This document shows positions 40,696 to 54,800 of a stretch of DNA of 64,000 bases, piece by piece. Under the pieces are notes generated by a model that was given only the letters and a program-made list of their open reading frames with translations, did no database searches and was not told where the DNA came from. Each line of letters opens with the position of its first letter. Position 1 is the stretch's first letter. This stretch comes from Lingula anatina. Lineage: Eukaryota; Animalia; Brachiopoda. Position numbers and translations under genes: made by a program. The stretch covers positions 9,858,001 to 9,922,000 of the forward strand of contig CM120641.1 in NCBI GenBank assembly GCA_051362555.1, read 5' to 3'.

Positions 40696-42399
40696 TCTGA
40701 TTTAGCCAACAGCAGCTTAAAGTAATTGCAAACTGAAATTGAAAATCCAGTCTGTCGGGTTTAATGTATTCTAGCAAACTGCCAATGCACTGGTAGTCTC
40801 ACAATTGGTACTTCTGTATTACATGTACTAGTACTTCCACATGCATGGTGACATGCGTCTCCATTAGTTATGGCACTGACGGTACTAGTTGATGTTATCA
40901 ACAGAATCACAGCAAATTTAGGCTATCATGTCGGTCTCCTGACTGGCAGTCCCCTGTTTGGCAGGTCTTCTTATCTATATCATTAATCGGTAATAATAAT
41001 AAAATTTATATTAGTACTGGCAAGAATCACAGTCCACTCCCCCCCCCCCCCCCCCTCCGCCCCCAGCCCCAATCCACCAAACTCCTAGCTCACCATCCAC
41101 CTCACTGCTACTAATGCATTTAATCATTATTTACGAACGTCTGGAAATACAGAGTGCAAACCATTAATGATACGCACCTTCTCTCCGCAGATGCGATCTT
41201 CTATCAAACCATTTGAGCAGTAGAGTACGAGAAACCTACATGTGTACAGGGGTGACCCCAAAGGTCATAGAGTCTAACGCACGTGTAAGCACACTCATTT
41301 AGATTGCATCAGTTGTGCAAAAAGTAGTGTGAACAAAGAAATGTGGTGCGGTTAAACATGGCACTGACTTTTTACACTCAGTTCACTTATAAAGTAGGAC
41401 ATTTCAGAGAAATTCAGCTGCATTTTTTGAAAATTTATGTAATTTTACCTGTCCAGTAAAAAAACACTTTAAAAAATGAATCTTTGACTTTGTAGATTTA
41501 TTAATTTTGCATTTTGGCATCCCCCCCTTTGAGCAAAGAGCAATTTCACTTCCAAGCTATGGTCTTGAAAATATGGCCTTAAATTTTGGATTTACATATA
41601 ATGTTTTGAAGGAATAAGTGAATTTAATTAACTTGACATTAGTCATTTGTCAATCAAAATCATCTTAGCAGGCTCATATGCAGTTTAAAAATTAGCATTG
41701 TCAGATTTATTTGAAGAAAGGTATTGAATTTATTCCAGGTTTTTATTTTAGTTCATGTCTAAAACTTATTGATCTTTCTATGCCATAAAAAGATATTTCA
41801 TTTTCGTATTCACCAATACAAAATTACAAGTGTTGTTACCTAGTGGCTCTTTAACTAAGTAAATTTCTATCTTAAAAAAAAATGAATAAACGGATACATA
41901 AAATTTTAGAAGAGGACAGCATGCATGCATGCAATACAAAATAAAGTATGACCCAATTCCAGTCTTTTCATATTATCTATCCTGCCTATTGGTGCTACGG
42001 CTATACTTGAAACAATATTAAGTTTTCTTGGAAAATCATTTCCTTTTCGATTTGTCCTACTGAGCAACACAAAAGAAAAGGGAATGCATCAGTGGTGCCA
42101 TCACAATCAACAATACTAATTTTTACTTGCGTTTGAGTATATATAAGTGTAGATTTGCATAAACATCTGTCAATCAATAAAAAGCAACCAATCACAAACG
42201 TACCCTCCATTGATTACCGCCTCTTTGAGTTAGATTTTCACCTGTTCAGAAATGACCGTGGGTTTTATTCCCAAACGCTTAGAAAAAAATCTTATGAAAC
42301 TTATAACTCTCTGTATTAAGCAATCAATCATTGTTCTTTAGTTCTGTGCATTTTGAGTGTTATCTGAGCAATAAAACAAAAGTTAGCAGCATTTATTTT

Positions 42400-42900
42400 A
42401 CCCCCTACTCCATACAGCAGCGTGTGCTCTATAACAAAACTTGTGTCTCGACCAAGTCTGACCTCTTTCTGAAGTGACGAGTCGCGACACAGAGAGCTCC
42501 CAGAACCGTGAGAATTCCCCATGGTTTCGGGTTTAGTGGCAGACGATTATATCGTAGAAGGACAGAGAAAGATATAAGGAATAATTTGACTACCATATTT
42601 AGGACATTTTGACACAATTTTGGCCATTCAGGAGGTAACTTTGTTTTCCCTCCAAAATTCAAGATGCCTTTACTGAAAAGGCAGCCATTCGAAAAGAACT
42701 CCGTTCCATCCGATATTAAGCCAGACGAAGAGGTTTTTTACTGCCCACTGACTAATGAAATATTCAGGGACTACGAGTAAGTAAAATATTTTATTTTGTA
42801 TTGTTATGAAGCTGTCAATTATACTCGAATTAGGTCAAACCACACGTGGGTGAAAGACACTCGCAACCGGTGTTTGAGCAACTGCGCCATTTTGATCATA
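42400..42900. promoter_or_regulatory. CpG-rich, probably bidirectional ABCD4/BAZ1A promoter region
   Basis: Local CpG enrichment, divergent genes, minus-strand donor-like GGG|GTAAAA near 42400, YY1-like CGCCATTTTG near 42885. Confidence 0.6.
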
Positions 42901-45900
42901 ATTTCTTTGTTCGCTTCCCAGGGAATTTTTTGAACGAATCATCCTATGCAACAGCCTGGTATGGTCATGTTCGATTACGGGTCGATCAGGGTTGACGTAC
43001 CAAGAGGCCTTAGAATCGGAAGAACGTGCCAGAAAGCACCTGTCATCCTTCCCCTTCTATCTTCATAAACCCATCTTGTTTTTGGCAACAAAGACACACA
43101 GGAGCAGGCTGAATGATATGAATGATGATGTATTCGTTTTCACCAAGGACAGATATTTTGTTGGGGAAGTGGTGGAAGTTATACATGAAGGCGAAAGGTA
43201 AATGCATTGTAAAAGGTTGTCACTATCAAGTCATCAGTTATGAAGAGTTGGTTTCAATCTCTGAAGTTTTGAACATTGTGGCATCATTTTGGGCATCTTG
43301 AATCATAACTGGTTGACCTACATAATGCATTGTTGACTTAACAGTTCTGTATGAGAATTTGAATTTTGTTCAGAGCCCATGGGCATTCAATCCTGCGCAA
43401 TAGCGGTGCCATATATATTGCACTGTCAGCTCATTTTGGATTTGGCAACATTAAGGTAAATTAACAATGCCTTGTGGCCATTAGAATTGTTTTCCCCATA
43501 GCAAGTATTCAGCAGAAGTGTGAATTTTCAATATCAATAACATTTACTTTTTTTCAGTAGATTATCCTTTTAAGCACCTAGCTGTCAGGGTTCTAAACCC
43601 CACTGAAAATCGGAGAAAACCTAGAAAATAACTGCTTCTTTTTCTAGTCATGGAGAAGTCCATGTGGAAAGTTTCTCAAATTGGAAAAAAAACAGGGAAA
43701 ATATCACAGAATTTTTCTTTGGTTAAACGTTTTAGACTTGTGCCCAAACCAAACAGTAATATTACAGAATTTTTCTTTGGTCAAACTATTTGATATTACA
43801 TTGTGACCCATTTGATAGCACTGTTACATTTAAGTGTAGGAAAAAAGTGACAGAAGAAAGAAAAACTTTTTTTTCATCTAATTAAACCAATCATCATTTT
43901 CATGTAAACAAAAAATATTGCACTTTTGACAGGGTATTAGTATTCCAAAAGCATTTTGGTTAGTGGTGAATAGTGTATTTTATTTTTAGAAAATCCTGCA
44001 AGATACTTAAGGTCTTACCACCTACCCCTTTGCCTAATGGAGATGTCAATGGAACCAGGTAAATGAGTATTGTTCTTGATATTGCTTTCTTGACAGCTGC
44101 CTATAAAAAGAGCAGTAATTATCGAATGCAAAATGTATTATTTATTTTCATACGATTAAGCCATATGAAATTGTAACAGGGCAACATGATCTTCTTCTCC
44201 TTCTTCAGAGGTCTTTTAAAACAAAGTGTTCGTCAGTTATGGACAATATCTTTGAATAGCAATATATTGACATGGCCTGGACTGCTGTTACAGCATTTAG
44301 TATTCCCCTTTTGATTAACGATAAATTGAACTTATGAAAATCATTATTGTATGTATTCTCCAAATTATCAGGATTACTATACGGATTTAGGAAATTATCA
44401 GGATTCAGTTTACTGTTTATTATGTTTTCTTTGATTAAATTTAGCTATGAGAAGATATCAGCATAGGCTGAGCAGTCACACACAAGCATGCGTGCGCACA
44501 CACACACACAGAAAGCCATATTTTAATATCCATGTAATTGTTCATTTCTCCATGTAGCCCATCAACAAGTGAAGCAGCTGACCAAGAGGATGTTGACAAT
44601 TACAGATACGTTGTCCAGAAGATAGGCAAAGGAGAGAAGGGGGACCCATTTATAGCTGATGCACCAGATGTCAAGTAAGACAATGTCCTGTTTCACTTTC
44701 TTACGTTTTTAACTCTCAACATCATTGTTATATTTTCAGTTTTTTTTGTTAGACCGAATGAATTCTTGGTGAGTATGTCTCTAAATCACAATAATACAAG
44801 CACAGATATCATAGTGTGGGTATGGTTTGTCCTACAGGATTTTATGCATTTCCTTTGCTATTTTGGTGTAATTGTCAGTGTGTGAAAAGGGAGTGAGCTA
44901 AGTTATGTTTGAGTATTTTACATGTTTTTACCTTTTTCCAGTCGAAAGAAAGGCTTGTATACCAGAGACAAAAGCAAACTGTTTCTAAAAAGTCACTGTG
45001 AAGCAAGTGAAGGAATATGGAAAGTGAAGGTAGTTTGATTTTAAAAAGCAACAGTAAATCTAAATAAAATTTTTTGGCTTATATTTTTTAACATTTGAAT
45101 GTCACTAGCTTAACTCATAGTAGTTTTTAGAACATTGTAATATAAAAGCATTATCCTCTCCTTGCCTTTACTGGGAAAGTGCTAATCTAAAGAAATCAGT
45201 GAATTAGTTTATATATAGTTGTTGCAAAACCAGTGTGAAAGCTTTTCAGTGCTAACTGTGCTAAAGTAAATGCTATATGCATCCATGTGGTAGGACACAC
45301 TGCAGTGTGTGGTTAATTTTGCAATTTATCATGAACTTGTAGGAGAAATATATTAGGAAGCATCACTTGAATGAAGTGAACTTCAAAAGCATGTTTCCAA
45401 GTGCCATTCCCACATTTGAGACTTCTGAGGTGAAGAAAAAACCCAAACAGAATAAGTCTGATGTTGATCTGCTCCTGAAAAAAGCCAAGAAAGAACACAA
45501 AGAAAAGAAAGAGAAGAAGGAGAAAAAACAAAAAATAGGTACATTGCACCCCCTCCAATGCAGTTGTTTATAATTATATTCACATTATAAGTTTACTGGA
45601 CATTTGATAATATAAGTATAAAGATGGAAATAATGATGAGCAAGCATACTTTTGTAACTTTTTAGAATATATGTATGGTAGAATTCATTTGACAGTTAAT
45701 ACACAATCTAAAACTTGTAGATGAAAAAGAACCGAAAAAATTAACAGAAGAAGAAAAAGAGGCCATGAAACAGAAGTTATTACTAGAAAAAGAGGCCATG
45801 AAGGCCCTCAAGTTGGCAGAGAAGCAGGAAAAGCAGGAAGAACTTCGAAAGAAACTAGAAGAGGAAAAGGAAAGGAGAAGGGAGGAAAGGGAAAAGGTTG

Positions 45901-48900
45901 AGTGTCTCCTTTTAGTTTGAACTATTTAAATTTACGATGTTTGATTCTTTTGCCATGAAAAGGATTTTTGAAAAATTTAAAACTTTGTTTTTAAAATTAG
46001 AATATAGAGCAACCTTCACATGCTTTTAAAAGTTTGATTGTGATTTCATCTCCAGTTAAAAGAAGAAAAGAAGCTGAAGGCTGAATATTTGAAGGAATGG
46101 AGCAAGCCCAGAGATGACATGGAGTGTGATGATCTCAAGGTGAAGGACATGACAGTGATTGACACAGAGATTTGATTTTTTCTATGAAAAAGCATATTTA
46201 ATGATATTTCAATGGGTCAATTTTCTTAAAAATCTGGTTTCACTTTGTGTATATTGCCAGCACCCAACATAATATGCATTTCACTTGTATTTAATAAGTG
46301 CATATATGATATCAGGTCCTCCCTGACCCCACTCCTGTGAAAACTCGTATACCAGAGGAGCTGTTTGGTGATGTGATGATGGTGCTGGAAATGCTGCATG
46401 TCTTTGGACCTCTGCTGGAAATCAAGGATGAATTTCCTCATGGTGTCTCCATGGGTAAGTTGGCCATAATTTTTTCCTTCATAACTGGGAGGTGTATTTG
46501 CCAGCTGGTGAGTACTGATCCTATCCCAATAGCAAAATCTGCCATATGCTTGTTTACAGATTTTGTACTGTTTTCCCTGTTGTGAAAATTTATGACTCCT
46601 TTCACTCAGATTGTATATACGTTGTAGTATTTAAATAAAGATTATCCTATGTATTAACCAGTTATGAAAATTTAATGTATACCCCAAACTTAACTGTTAC
46701 CCTCAAAGTTGCCTATACACTTGTATTTAATTAGCAGACACAAACAAAAGTCACGTGTAAGTTAAAATAGCCACAACGTCATGCATGTTGGATTTTAAAC
46801 GTGTTTCACTTTACAGGACATGCTGTGTCCCTGTAAAGTAATGGTTACATATTTTCTTTCATAGATATGATGGAAAAAGCTCTATTGGAGAAGGATGTTG
46901 ATGGCACACTAGCAGATCTACTTGGCTTTCTACTGGTCTCCATCTTTAACTTACAACAAGAAGAGGAAGAGGAGGAGGAAGAAATAGAGAAAGAGGAAAA
47001 GGATGGAAATTTAACTGGTATGGTTAAAATACCTGGTTTTTGGTTTACCAAGTTATCAATATTACATAGTTTGTACCTAAGGATATATTTTTTTAGGGTG
47101 AATGAAACAGATTGTTCACTCAGTGACCATTTTAAGTGTTGTTTCTGCTAAAAAGAAATATATTTACAAGTCCATTATTTGTTTAATGAAGTTACTTTTC
47201 AATCTGTAAATATTGTCAACTGACAATATAACTTACCCATCCTGTCATTTTGTTACCTTAAGACTGCTCAATTATATAAGCAAGCTGAATTGTAACATAA
47301 TAGAAATCAGTAAGAATATGTTGTAATTTTAGCTGAAAGAGTGGAAACAATTGATGAGGATACAGATATTGCTGACTTGTCCACCAAAGACCTGATACAG
47401 GCTGCTACAGTGGCCTCTCAGTGGCCCCACCTATATCATGGTAATGTGACAGATAAATTTGTATCTTTGTGTGTTTGAAAGTAACACTTAAAGTAAAATG
47501 TAACATTCATGCACACATGTATGTGCTGTGCTCATTATTTCCTATTTATATACTACCTATATTTTATAGTAAAAATCTGACTTGTAATCTATATAATGGA
47601 CTTTTTAAGGGTAATAATAATAATTTTGGAAACTTGAAACCAAATTAAAAATAATTTGTAGATTTTACATATGAAATTTGTAACACTGTATTTTAACTTG
47701 CTAATTTAGGGACTCCACTGAGGAATTTACAACTTGATTCTCTTACTCTCACGGAAATCTTGCGCCTCCATTTTCTATCATCTGGTGCCCATGCTAATGC
47801 CAGCAATGCCAAGTTCCGCTACCAGCAGAGAGGAGGATATACATCCCTGGATGATGCTGGCATGGAGTTCAAAATGCAGGAATCTGCCATTATAAAAGCA
47901 CTCAGTACTTATAATGTATTTGATCTCTCACCTGGTAAGTGGTAATTGCTGTGAAATTGTTCTGTGCTGCCTTGTCTGTTAACAGAGTCAAGATTCTGAG
48001 GAATAACTTAGACAAATTAGAATTGTAATGACTTTTATCATAATAAATAAAGTAATAGTGTGATTTCAATTTCAAATCTTGATTTCCCAGTGGGATGAAA
48101 GAGATTTTAATTTATATGAACAATTTATGATATGAATATATACCAGCAATTTTATTCTCCATGGGTTTCATTTCTCTGTAGGGGAAAAGATGAAGATAAT
48201 CATTGCTCTGGTGCACCAGTTGCTAACCTATGCTTCAAGCAGAGATTTCATAGAAGACAATTTTGAAAAACTACGACAGGCAAAAATGGACCTGAGGCAT
48301 CATCAGTGGGCAGAGCAGAGAAGGGAAAAAGAGGAGGCAGCTGCTAGGTTAGAATTTTTTTTGACATGTTTATAGATGCATATTAGTTAAGTTGATTAGT
48401 AACACTTTATGAGGTTTTAGTTTCCATGTATCTCAGATTCTTTTATGTTTTAAAATCCATTGCATTTGATTTCCTTCTTGCTTTTGCCAAGGTTGGTAGT
48501 TAAGTATTGATTTAAGGTTGTGGAACCTACATTTGGATTTAATATTTGTAAATGGATGGCAAGACTTTAAATTGTAGTTTTTTAAGGCATCAAGATTTGT
48601 TATAGATATAAGAAAAGGGTCGAAGAAAGAGCCAAAGAGAGGGAATTGGAAGCACAGAAAAAAGAGCAGAGAAAGAAGGAAGCCGAGGAGAAATTAAAAG
48701 CTGATGAAACAAAAAATGGGTAATTGAATTTTTTCCATATTTCAAGAGATGTCATAGTGATGAATTTTCATGTTTATTGCTGCACACAAATTGAGAATCT
48801 TGTATTTCAAAGGTGTACCAACTGAGTGATTCTTTGTATTTAAAAGGTATTTATGAGGACTGTTCAGTAATGTCAAGTGGTCACATTCTAACTTTGGTTG

Positions 48901-51900
48901 ATTAATATTTAAATTTCCGCATACTGTATATAGTACTTGTACAGTTGTATATATATTTCTAACTTATTTTTAAATTTATATCCTTACTTATTTCTAACTT
49001 TTTTTGTGAATTCAGTGAACAACCAGAGGCTGAAGATAATGCTTCAAAAAAGAATGAAGAAGAAAAAGAAGAGGAAGATAAGACCAAAAATGACAAGGAC
49101 AAGAAGGAAGACGAGAGTCAAGAGAAAAAGGGCAAGAAAACCCCTGCCAAGGGCAAAAAAGGAAAATCATCCAAAGACAAAAATCAGACTGAAGAGGAAG
49201 AAGTCGAAGAGGATGAAGAGGTAATTTTTAAAATGGGGGATGGCACAAAGTTTGTTGATTCATACTATTGACTATTTTTCACATGCATGCACACTTACAC
49301 ACAGAGCTATATATATATTACAGAATAATCTACTTTAATGGATTACCATGAAATATTATGATCAAAGTTTATTATTTTTTATGTAAGGAATGTAAAATAA
49401 AAAGAAATACAATTTAATTTATTGCATGTTTCTGCAAAAGGTCTGCAATTCTTTTTGCTAAACATCCTTTATTTGTATAAACTAGGACATAGATGAGTCC
49501 AAACTTTCCCCAGAGGAGCGTGAAGCTTTGCGAAAAAAACGAGAAGAAAGAGAAGCAGAACTTAAAGAGTTGTTCATGAAGAGAGAGGCAGAATTGCACG
49601 AGTTAGTTCAGAAACTACAGCATGGCAATGCTGTGTATCCTCTGGGCAGGGACCGTGTTTACAGAAGGTTCTGGGTCTTCAGATCAGTGCCAGGTGAGAA
49701 GAAAGTACTGCTTTAATCATGGACTTGCCATTTGGAATGAAAAGGTGTATTTTAAAGCCTGAATTATTTTAAGTCACGAGAAATATGAATTTATCAAAGA
49801 TGAGCATTTTATCCGCTTGTTCATTTATGCTTTACTCTACAACCATACTGGTTTCCACTTATTGTTGCTGTTTACTTTGAAAGTAAATTTATATGTTAAA
49901 AACACTGGTTTTCTAGGTCTGTTTGTAGAGGACGAAGAGCTTTACGTGCCAGATGATCTCCTGCTCCCAGTAACACAGACAGGTGACAAATCCAATCCTT
50001 TCTTTGGCCAAAACCTACCTCGTCAGGTGCCACTAGTGAAACCTGTTACTGAAGAAAAGAGCACTGCAAGTGACAAAGAGAATGATTCCTTCGATGCTAA
50101 CAATATGGAGACTGGCGATGACTCAGTTGCAAAGATGGAAAACCCTCTGGGAACAAATACGGTCAATTCTGAAAACATTAAAAATGGCAGTGGCGATGGC
50201 ACTGTTGAGGCAACTGGAGGTGCCCACTCATCTCAGGAAACACAAAATGCAGCAGAGAAAAACCTGGCATCAGTCGGGGTTGATTCTAAGCCTTATGAAG
50301 AAGGGTTCAACTCACAGATTATACCTCAGAGTAAATTTAGATGGGCATTCTACAGTTCTCCAGAAGACATTGAAAACTTGCTGGAATCCCTCAACCCCAG
50401 GGGCTACAGGGAAGGCTCTCTGAAGCAAACACTCATGGAACAAAAGTCACAAATTCTGAAATCTGTCCAGGAGACACCAGTGGATTTACTTATCAAGGAT
50501 ACAAACGAAGAATCTAGCAGTGATCAGAGGTATGTCAATATCAAGTCCAGGAATCGAACCACTCAGGGGGCTGTGAAGAATAATTCTGCTCAGGAATTCC
50601 TGGAGCTTCAACTCAGGGAGCTGCTGCTGGATACAGAGGAAAGGATTTATGCTGGAAGTCTAGGCACTTTGAAGGCAAGTCTTTAATGCAGAAAACAAAA
50701 GAAAAATAATAATAAAAAGTATTTTCATCTTTTGAAAATGTGAAATAAGAATATTTAAATTTCTAGGTCTGACTTTTTATATTTTCTGCAATATCCAGAT
50801 CAAATTCAAAAGATGTGACACGCATGCATGCATGTGTGCGCGCGTGCAAACACATGATATTGGAGATTGTCTTAAAGGTGATCAAAAGTAAATGGTCAAT
50901 ATTTTAATACTGAAGTGTCTCCTCGCAGGTAAAAGATCGTCTAGCCTGGAGAGAAGCTCTAGAGCAGGGAACATTTGATGTCCAGTGTGACAATTTGACA
51001 TGGGCAGGGAAGGTGGAAAACATTGGGGAGGCAGAGGAGTAAGTGTGACTTTGCTTATTACGAATTTTTTTCAATGTTTACATGACATCAACATTTTTAA
51101 CTAAAACTCATAATTTAAAGCATATCATGCAAATAATTAGATAGTCAATCCTTTTTTTAGGTCAAAAATGGATACAGATGATGAAAGTCCAAGTCATGTG
51201 GTGAAAGACCTTGCCAAAGCTTTAATTCAAATAGAACAGTGTGTAGAACCCAAGTTTATTAATCCACCTCTTGGTAAGAATGTGTGAAATGACATGTTCA
51301 TTTATTTTTGTATAGAGTTTTACTTGTGATATTAACATGTGGTTTAACCATGCTTTATGTTTGTTAAGGATTGAAGTGTCATTGCTTATCTTCTACAGTA
51401 TTATTTCTGTAATTTTGGCCAATGTTATCCATGCATTACATCTGATTTTAATAGAATTATGTCTGAAGCTTTATTTGTGGAGCTTGATAATCAGAGTAAT
51501 TTTTTAAAAAATCAAATTAAACAGAAGAAGCACTATTTGCATGCAGATTGCAAGATAGATATTAAATTTGTGTACTAAGTGCTATAATAATTTAGTAAAT
51601 GCTACACACAGGGGAAGCTGAGGACTCTAAAAAAGCCAAACAGAAAGCTGCCCTGGAGGCTGTGGCTAAGAAATCTGCAGAGAGCAGACGCACTAGGAGC
51701 AGGGTGAAAGACGATCCAAAAGATAAAGAGGAGGAAAAAGAAGATGATAACGGTACAGTTAAAATGTTTTTCTTTCTGTTTTAGATATAAAATTAGATTA
51801 ATGTTATTCTTTCTTGATAGTTATGTGTTATTTTTGATAAACATGATAAAATGGAATAAAAGATTTGGTTTCAATTTTGTTTTTAATAAACCACCCTTCA

Positions 51901-51936
51901 GAGTTTTATTGTAGCAGGTTAATGCACTGAGCTTCT

Positions 51937-51971
<35 letters not shown>

Positions 51972-53196
51972 GAACATGGGTATATAAACGTTCTTCCCAA
52001 AACATAAACAAGTACCTGAATAAATTTGAATGGCTGAAAAAAGATATTACACCTATTACTCTTCAGAGGAGGACAAGAGTGAAGTGGGCAAGCAGCAGAA
52101 GACCCCCCTGGAAAGGTGGGAAGAATCCCTGATGAGTTGCACCAGTCTACCCCAGGTCTGCCTATACCTGGCAACACTAGATCGCAGCATCACCTGGTCT
52201 AAATCTGCTCTCAATGCTCGCTGTCGCATATGCAGGCGTAAAGGAGACGGAGAGAAAATGTTGCTCTGTGATGGATGTGATAGGGGGCACCACATGTACT
52301 GCCTCAAGCCACCAATGAAGGTAAGTATTGTGCCAGCTTTTGTAGTAAAAGTATTTGAATGATTTCATTATTTTTTATGTTTTAATTTTGAAGAACAGTT
52401 CAGAAAAACTTCATTAGTTACAATAGCAATAAAAGTTTGTAAATATGTTAATTAATTGTGAAACGGAATAAAACCAGACGATACAGTTGGAAGTGTATAA
52501 TTATTCAACAACCTTTTTCAAGGTAATATTTTTATTTGTTATATTAAAAGGGTGATAGATATGAATATGGATTTAAAATAGATTTGACCATACTTGCATT
52601 TTATCTCCTGTTTCGTAGGATGTTCCCAAAGGTGACTGGTATTGTCCAGACTGTAGGCCCAAGGTGAAGCTGCAGAGTCCTCGAAAGAGAAGGAAGACCT
52701 TCAGCCAGTCCAGTGATGAGGAGGAGGAAGAGGAATCTGAGGAAGAGGAGGATGAAGATGAGAGTGAAGATGAAGAAGATGAAGAGGAGGACCAAGAAGA
52801 AAGGTACAGAGATTACATTGATTTAGTTATAGTCTATATTCGTTATTGGATAAATATATTCATCCAATTTTGTTTTTGAATTGTGAAAATCTGCACATCA
52901 AATTAAGGAAATGCTAAATTATTTTCTATCAATATCTTGATTGGTGTTCAGTTCTGAAGAGGAAGAAGAGTCAGAGGAGGAAGAGCCAACGCCTGTTAAG
53001 CCAAAGAAATCGGCTATTAGAATAAAAGGTTGGTACTTAAATTGAATAGCATGTTAAACTAGTATTTTATCAATATTTTTAAATCTGTGGTGTGGAGTTT
53101 CTTCATTTTCTTTTGGCAATAGGTGTATGTTTGCATATATGAGTGCTTGATGTTGGTAGCTACAATTTCCACATTTGAACATAAATTGTCAAATGA

Positions 53197-53248
<52 letters not shown>

Positions 53249-53579
53249 CAAATTGAAACATTTTAAATGAATACCCTCTCCAGGAACAGGTTCAGGTAGA
53301 TCAACGCCCACCTCTGTGAAAAGTGAAAGTCGCAGAAACAGTTCCAGGAACAGCCCAGCTGACGCCAGACCTACAAGGTCCAAGAACAGAGAACAAGCCC
53401 AGGACCGACCAGCATCTAGGTCCAAACCGGGAAGGGACAGTCCTGCAACCACTGGTCATGATAGTCCCAGTACAAGCAGGACTAGGGGAGGTAGAACAAC
53501 TACTAAGAGGGCATACTCAGATTCAGATGAGGGTAGGTTTTTAAATCTGTATTGGAATGGGTGTTTAACTAATATCAAA

Positions 53580-53668
<89 letters not shown>

Positions 53669-54800
53669 TGCCTGCCTCTCTCTGTCCCATGTCTATCTTT
53701 CAGTGTTCAGGTTTAGAACTGAAATGTACAATTCAGCCCTCATCTAAGTATATTTTATTATTTTATTCTTTGTCAGATACTGTTGTTAGAATCATTTGCC
53801 TTATCAATGTTTGTTGCAGCTGTACTTTAGACAACTTTTATCTTAGTTTGTTGTTGAAGTAATGCTTAAAAGTTATTTGGTTTAGATGGTGTGTTTTTAT
53901 TTTTCACAGAAACCAGTGCCAATCGCATGTCCAACACAAAGAGTCGTGGCAGTGAAAAGGTCCAACAGATGAAGTTGTGTGAGGAGTTAGTATATGACCT
54001 GGTCAAACACTTGGATGCAACTGCATTTCTCAAACCTGTCAGCAAGAGAGAGGTTGGTCCTCTATTATCGTATCTGTTTTGAGTTATTACTGATCTCAGA
54101 TAAATTAAAACCACTTAGTGTTTTATGTGCAAGTACATACAATGGAATAAATTGATTTTTCAACAGGGCAGTGAGAAAGACGTTTGACATATCCACAACC
54201 AGTTTTCATTGAAATAGAACCGAGCATTTACTGTCCATCTGATAATATTAGAAATATAGCTCTGTTGAAGAAAGATTGTAAACTGTGTTGCCATTGATTA
54301 CAAATTAGAAATACGTTTGAGCTTTAAATAAACTTTTAAAAATGTCTAACCACCATAACCTTCATACATTTCCTTTATTCTGAACACTAGCTATGGCATT
54401 TGAGTAAACTAAATTAAGATCTTGGAAAAAGAAGTGGCAAGCACATGTATGTGGAAGGTGATTACAAGTGCTATTGCCAGATGCTACAGGTTTTTATAAC
54501 ATTCCCTTATATTTCTTTCAGGCACCAGATTATTATGACATAGTGAAGAAACCCATGGATCTGTCCACCATCAGAAGCAAAATCAATGGATTTAAATATA
54601 CTGAACCTGCAGAGATGGTAGAGGACATGCGGTTGATGTTCAAAAACTGTGAGCAGTACAATTTACCAACTGCCCCAGAGTTTAAGGCGGGAGTTAGAAT
54701 GGCAAAGTATTGTGAAAAAAGACTGAAAGAACTAAAACTGGATAAACTTAGTGTTAGTAAGAAATCTGCTTCGCCAGTGAAGAGACCAAGAAGAATGTAG
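42664..54800 (+). CDS. BAZ1A: Bromodomain adjacent to zinc finger domain 1A (ACF1): WAC-DDT-WHIM-PHD-bromo
   Basis: About 26 exons. WAC MPLLKRQPF...EEVFYCPLTNEIFRDY..FFERIILCNSLVWSCSITGR, DDT FGDVMMVLEML, PLGRDRVYRRFW, LNPRGYREGSLK, PHD CRICRRKGDGEKMLLCDGCDRGHHMYC, bromodomain APDYYDIVKKPMDL. Confidence 0.97.
53199..53246. repeat. Poly(T) homopolymer
   Basis: Direct observation; a shorter T run lies at about 51940-51968. Confidence 0.95.
53583..53664. repeat. (TG)n microsatellite
   Basis: Direct observation. Confidence 0.97.

Noticed and set aside
42328-42522. Minus-strand ORF MGNSHGS... as the ABCD4 N-terminus
   Set aside because: No similarity to ABCD4; the ATG at 40695 gives an N-terminus of the expected length.
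43583-43790. Degenerate transposon-like remnants (also about 37150-37270, 40100-40185, 41390-41585)
   Set aside because: No paired TIRs or TSDs could be demonstrated from this window alone.
48751-48830. C box GTGATGA and CTGA in a BAZ1A intron
   Set aside because: The terminal stem relies on wobble pairs, no rRNA/snRNA complementarity was recognised, and it is single copy.
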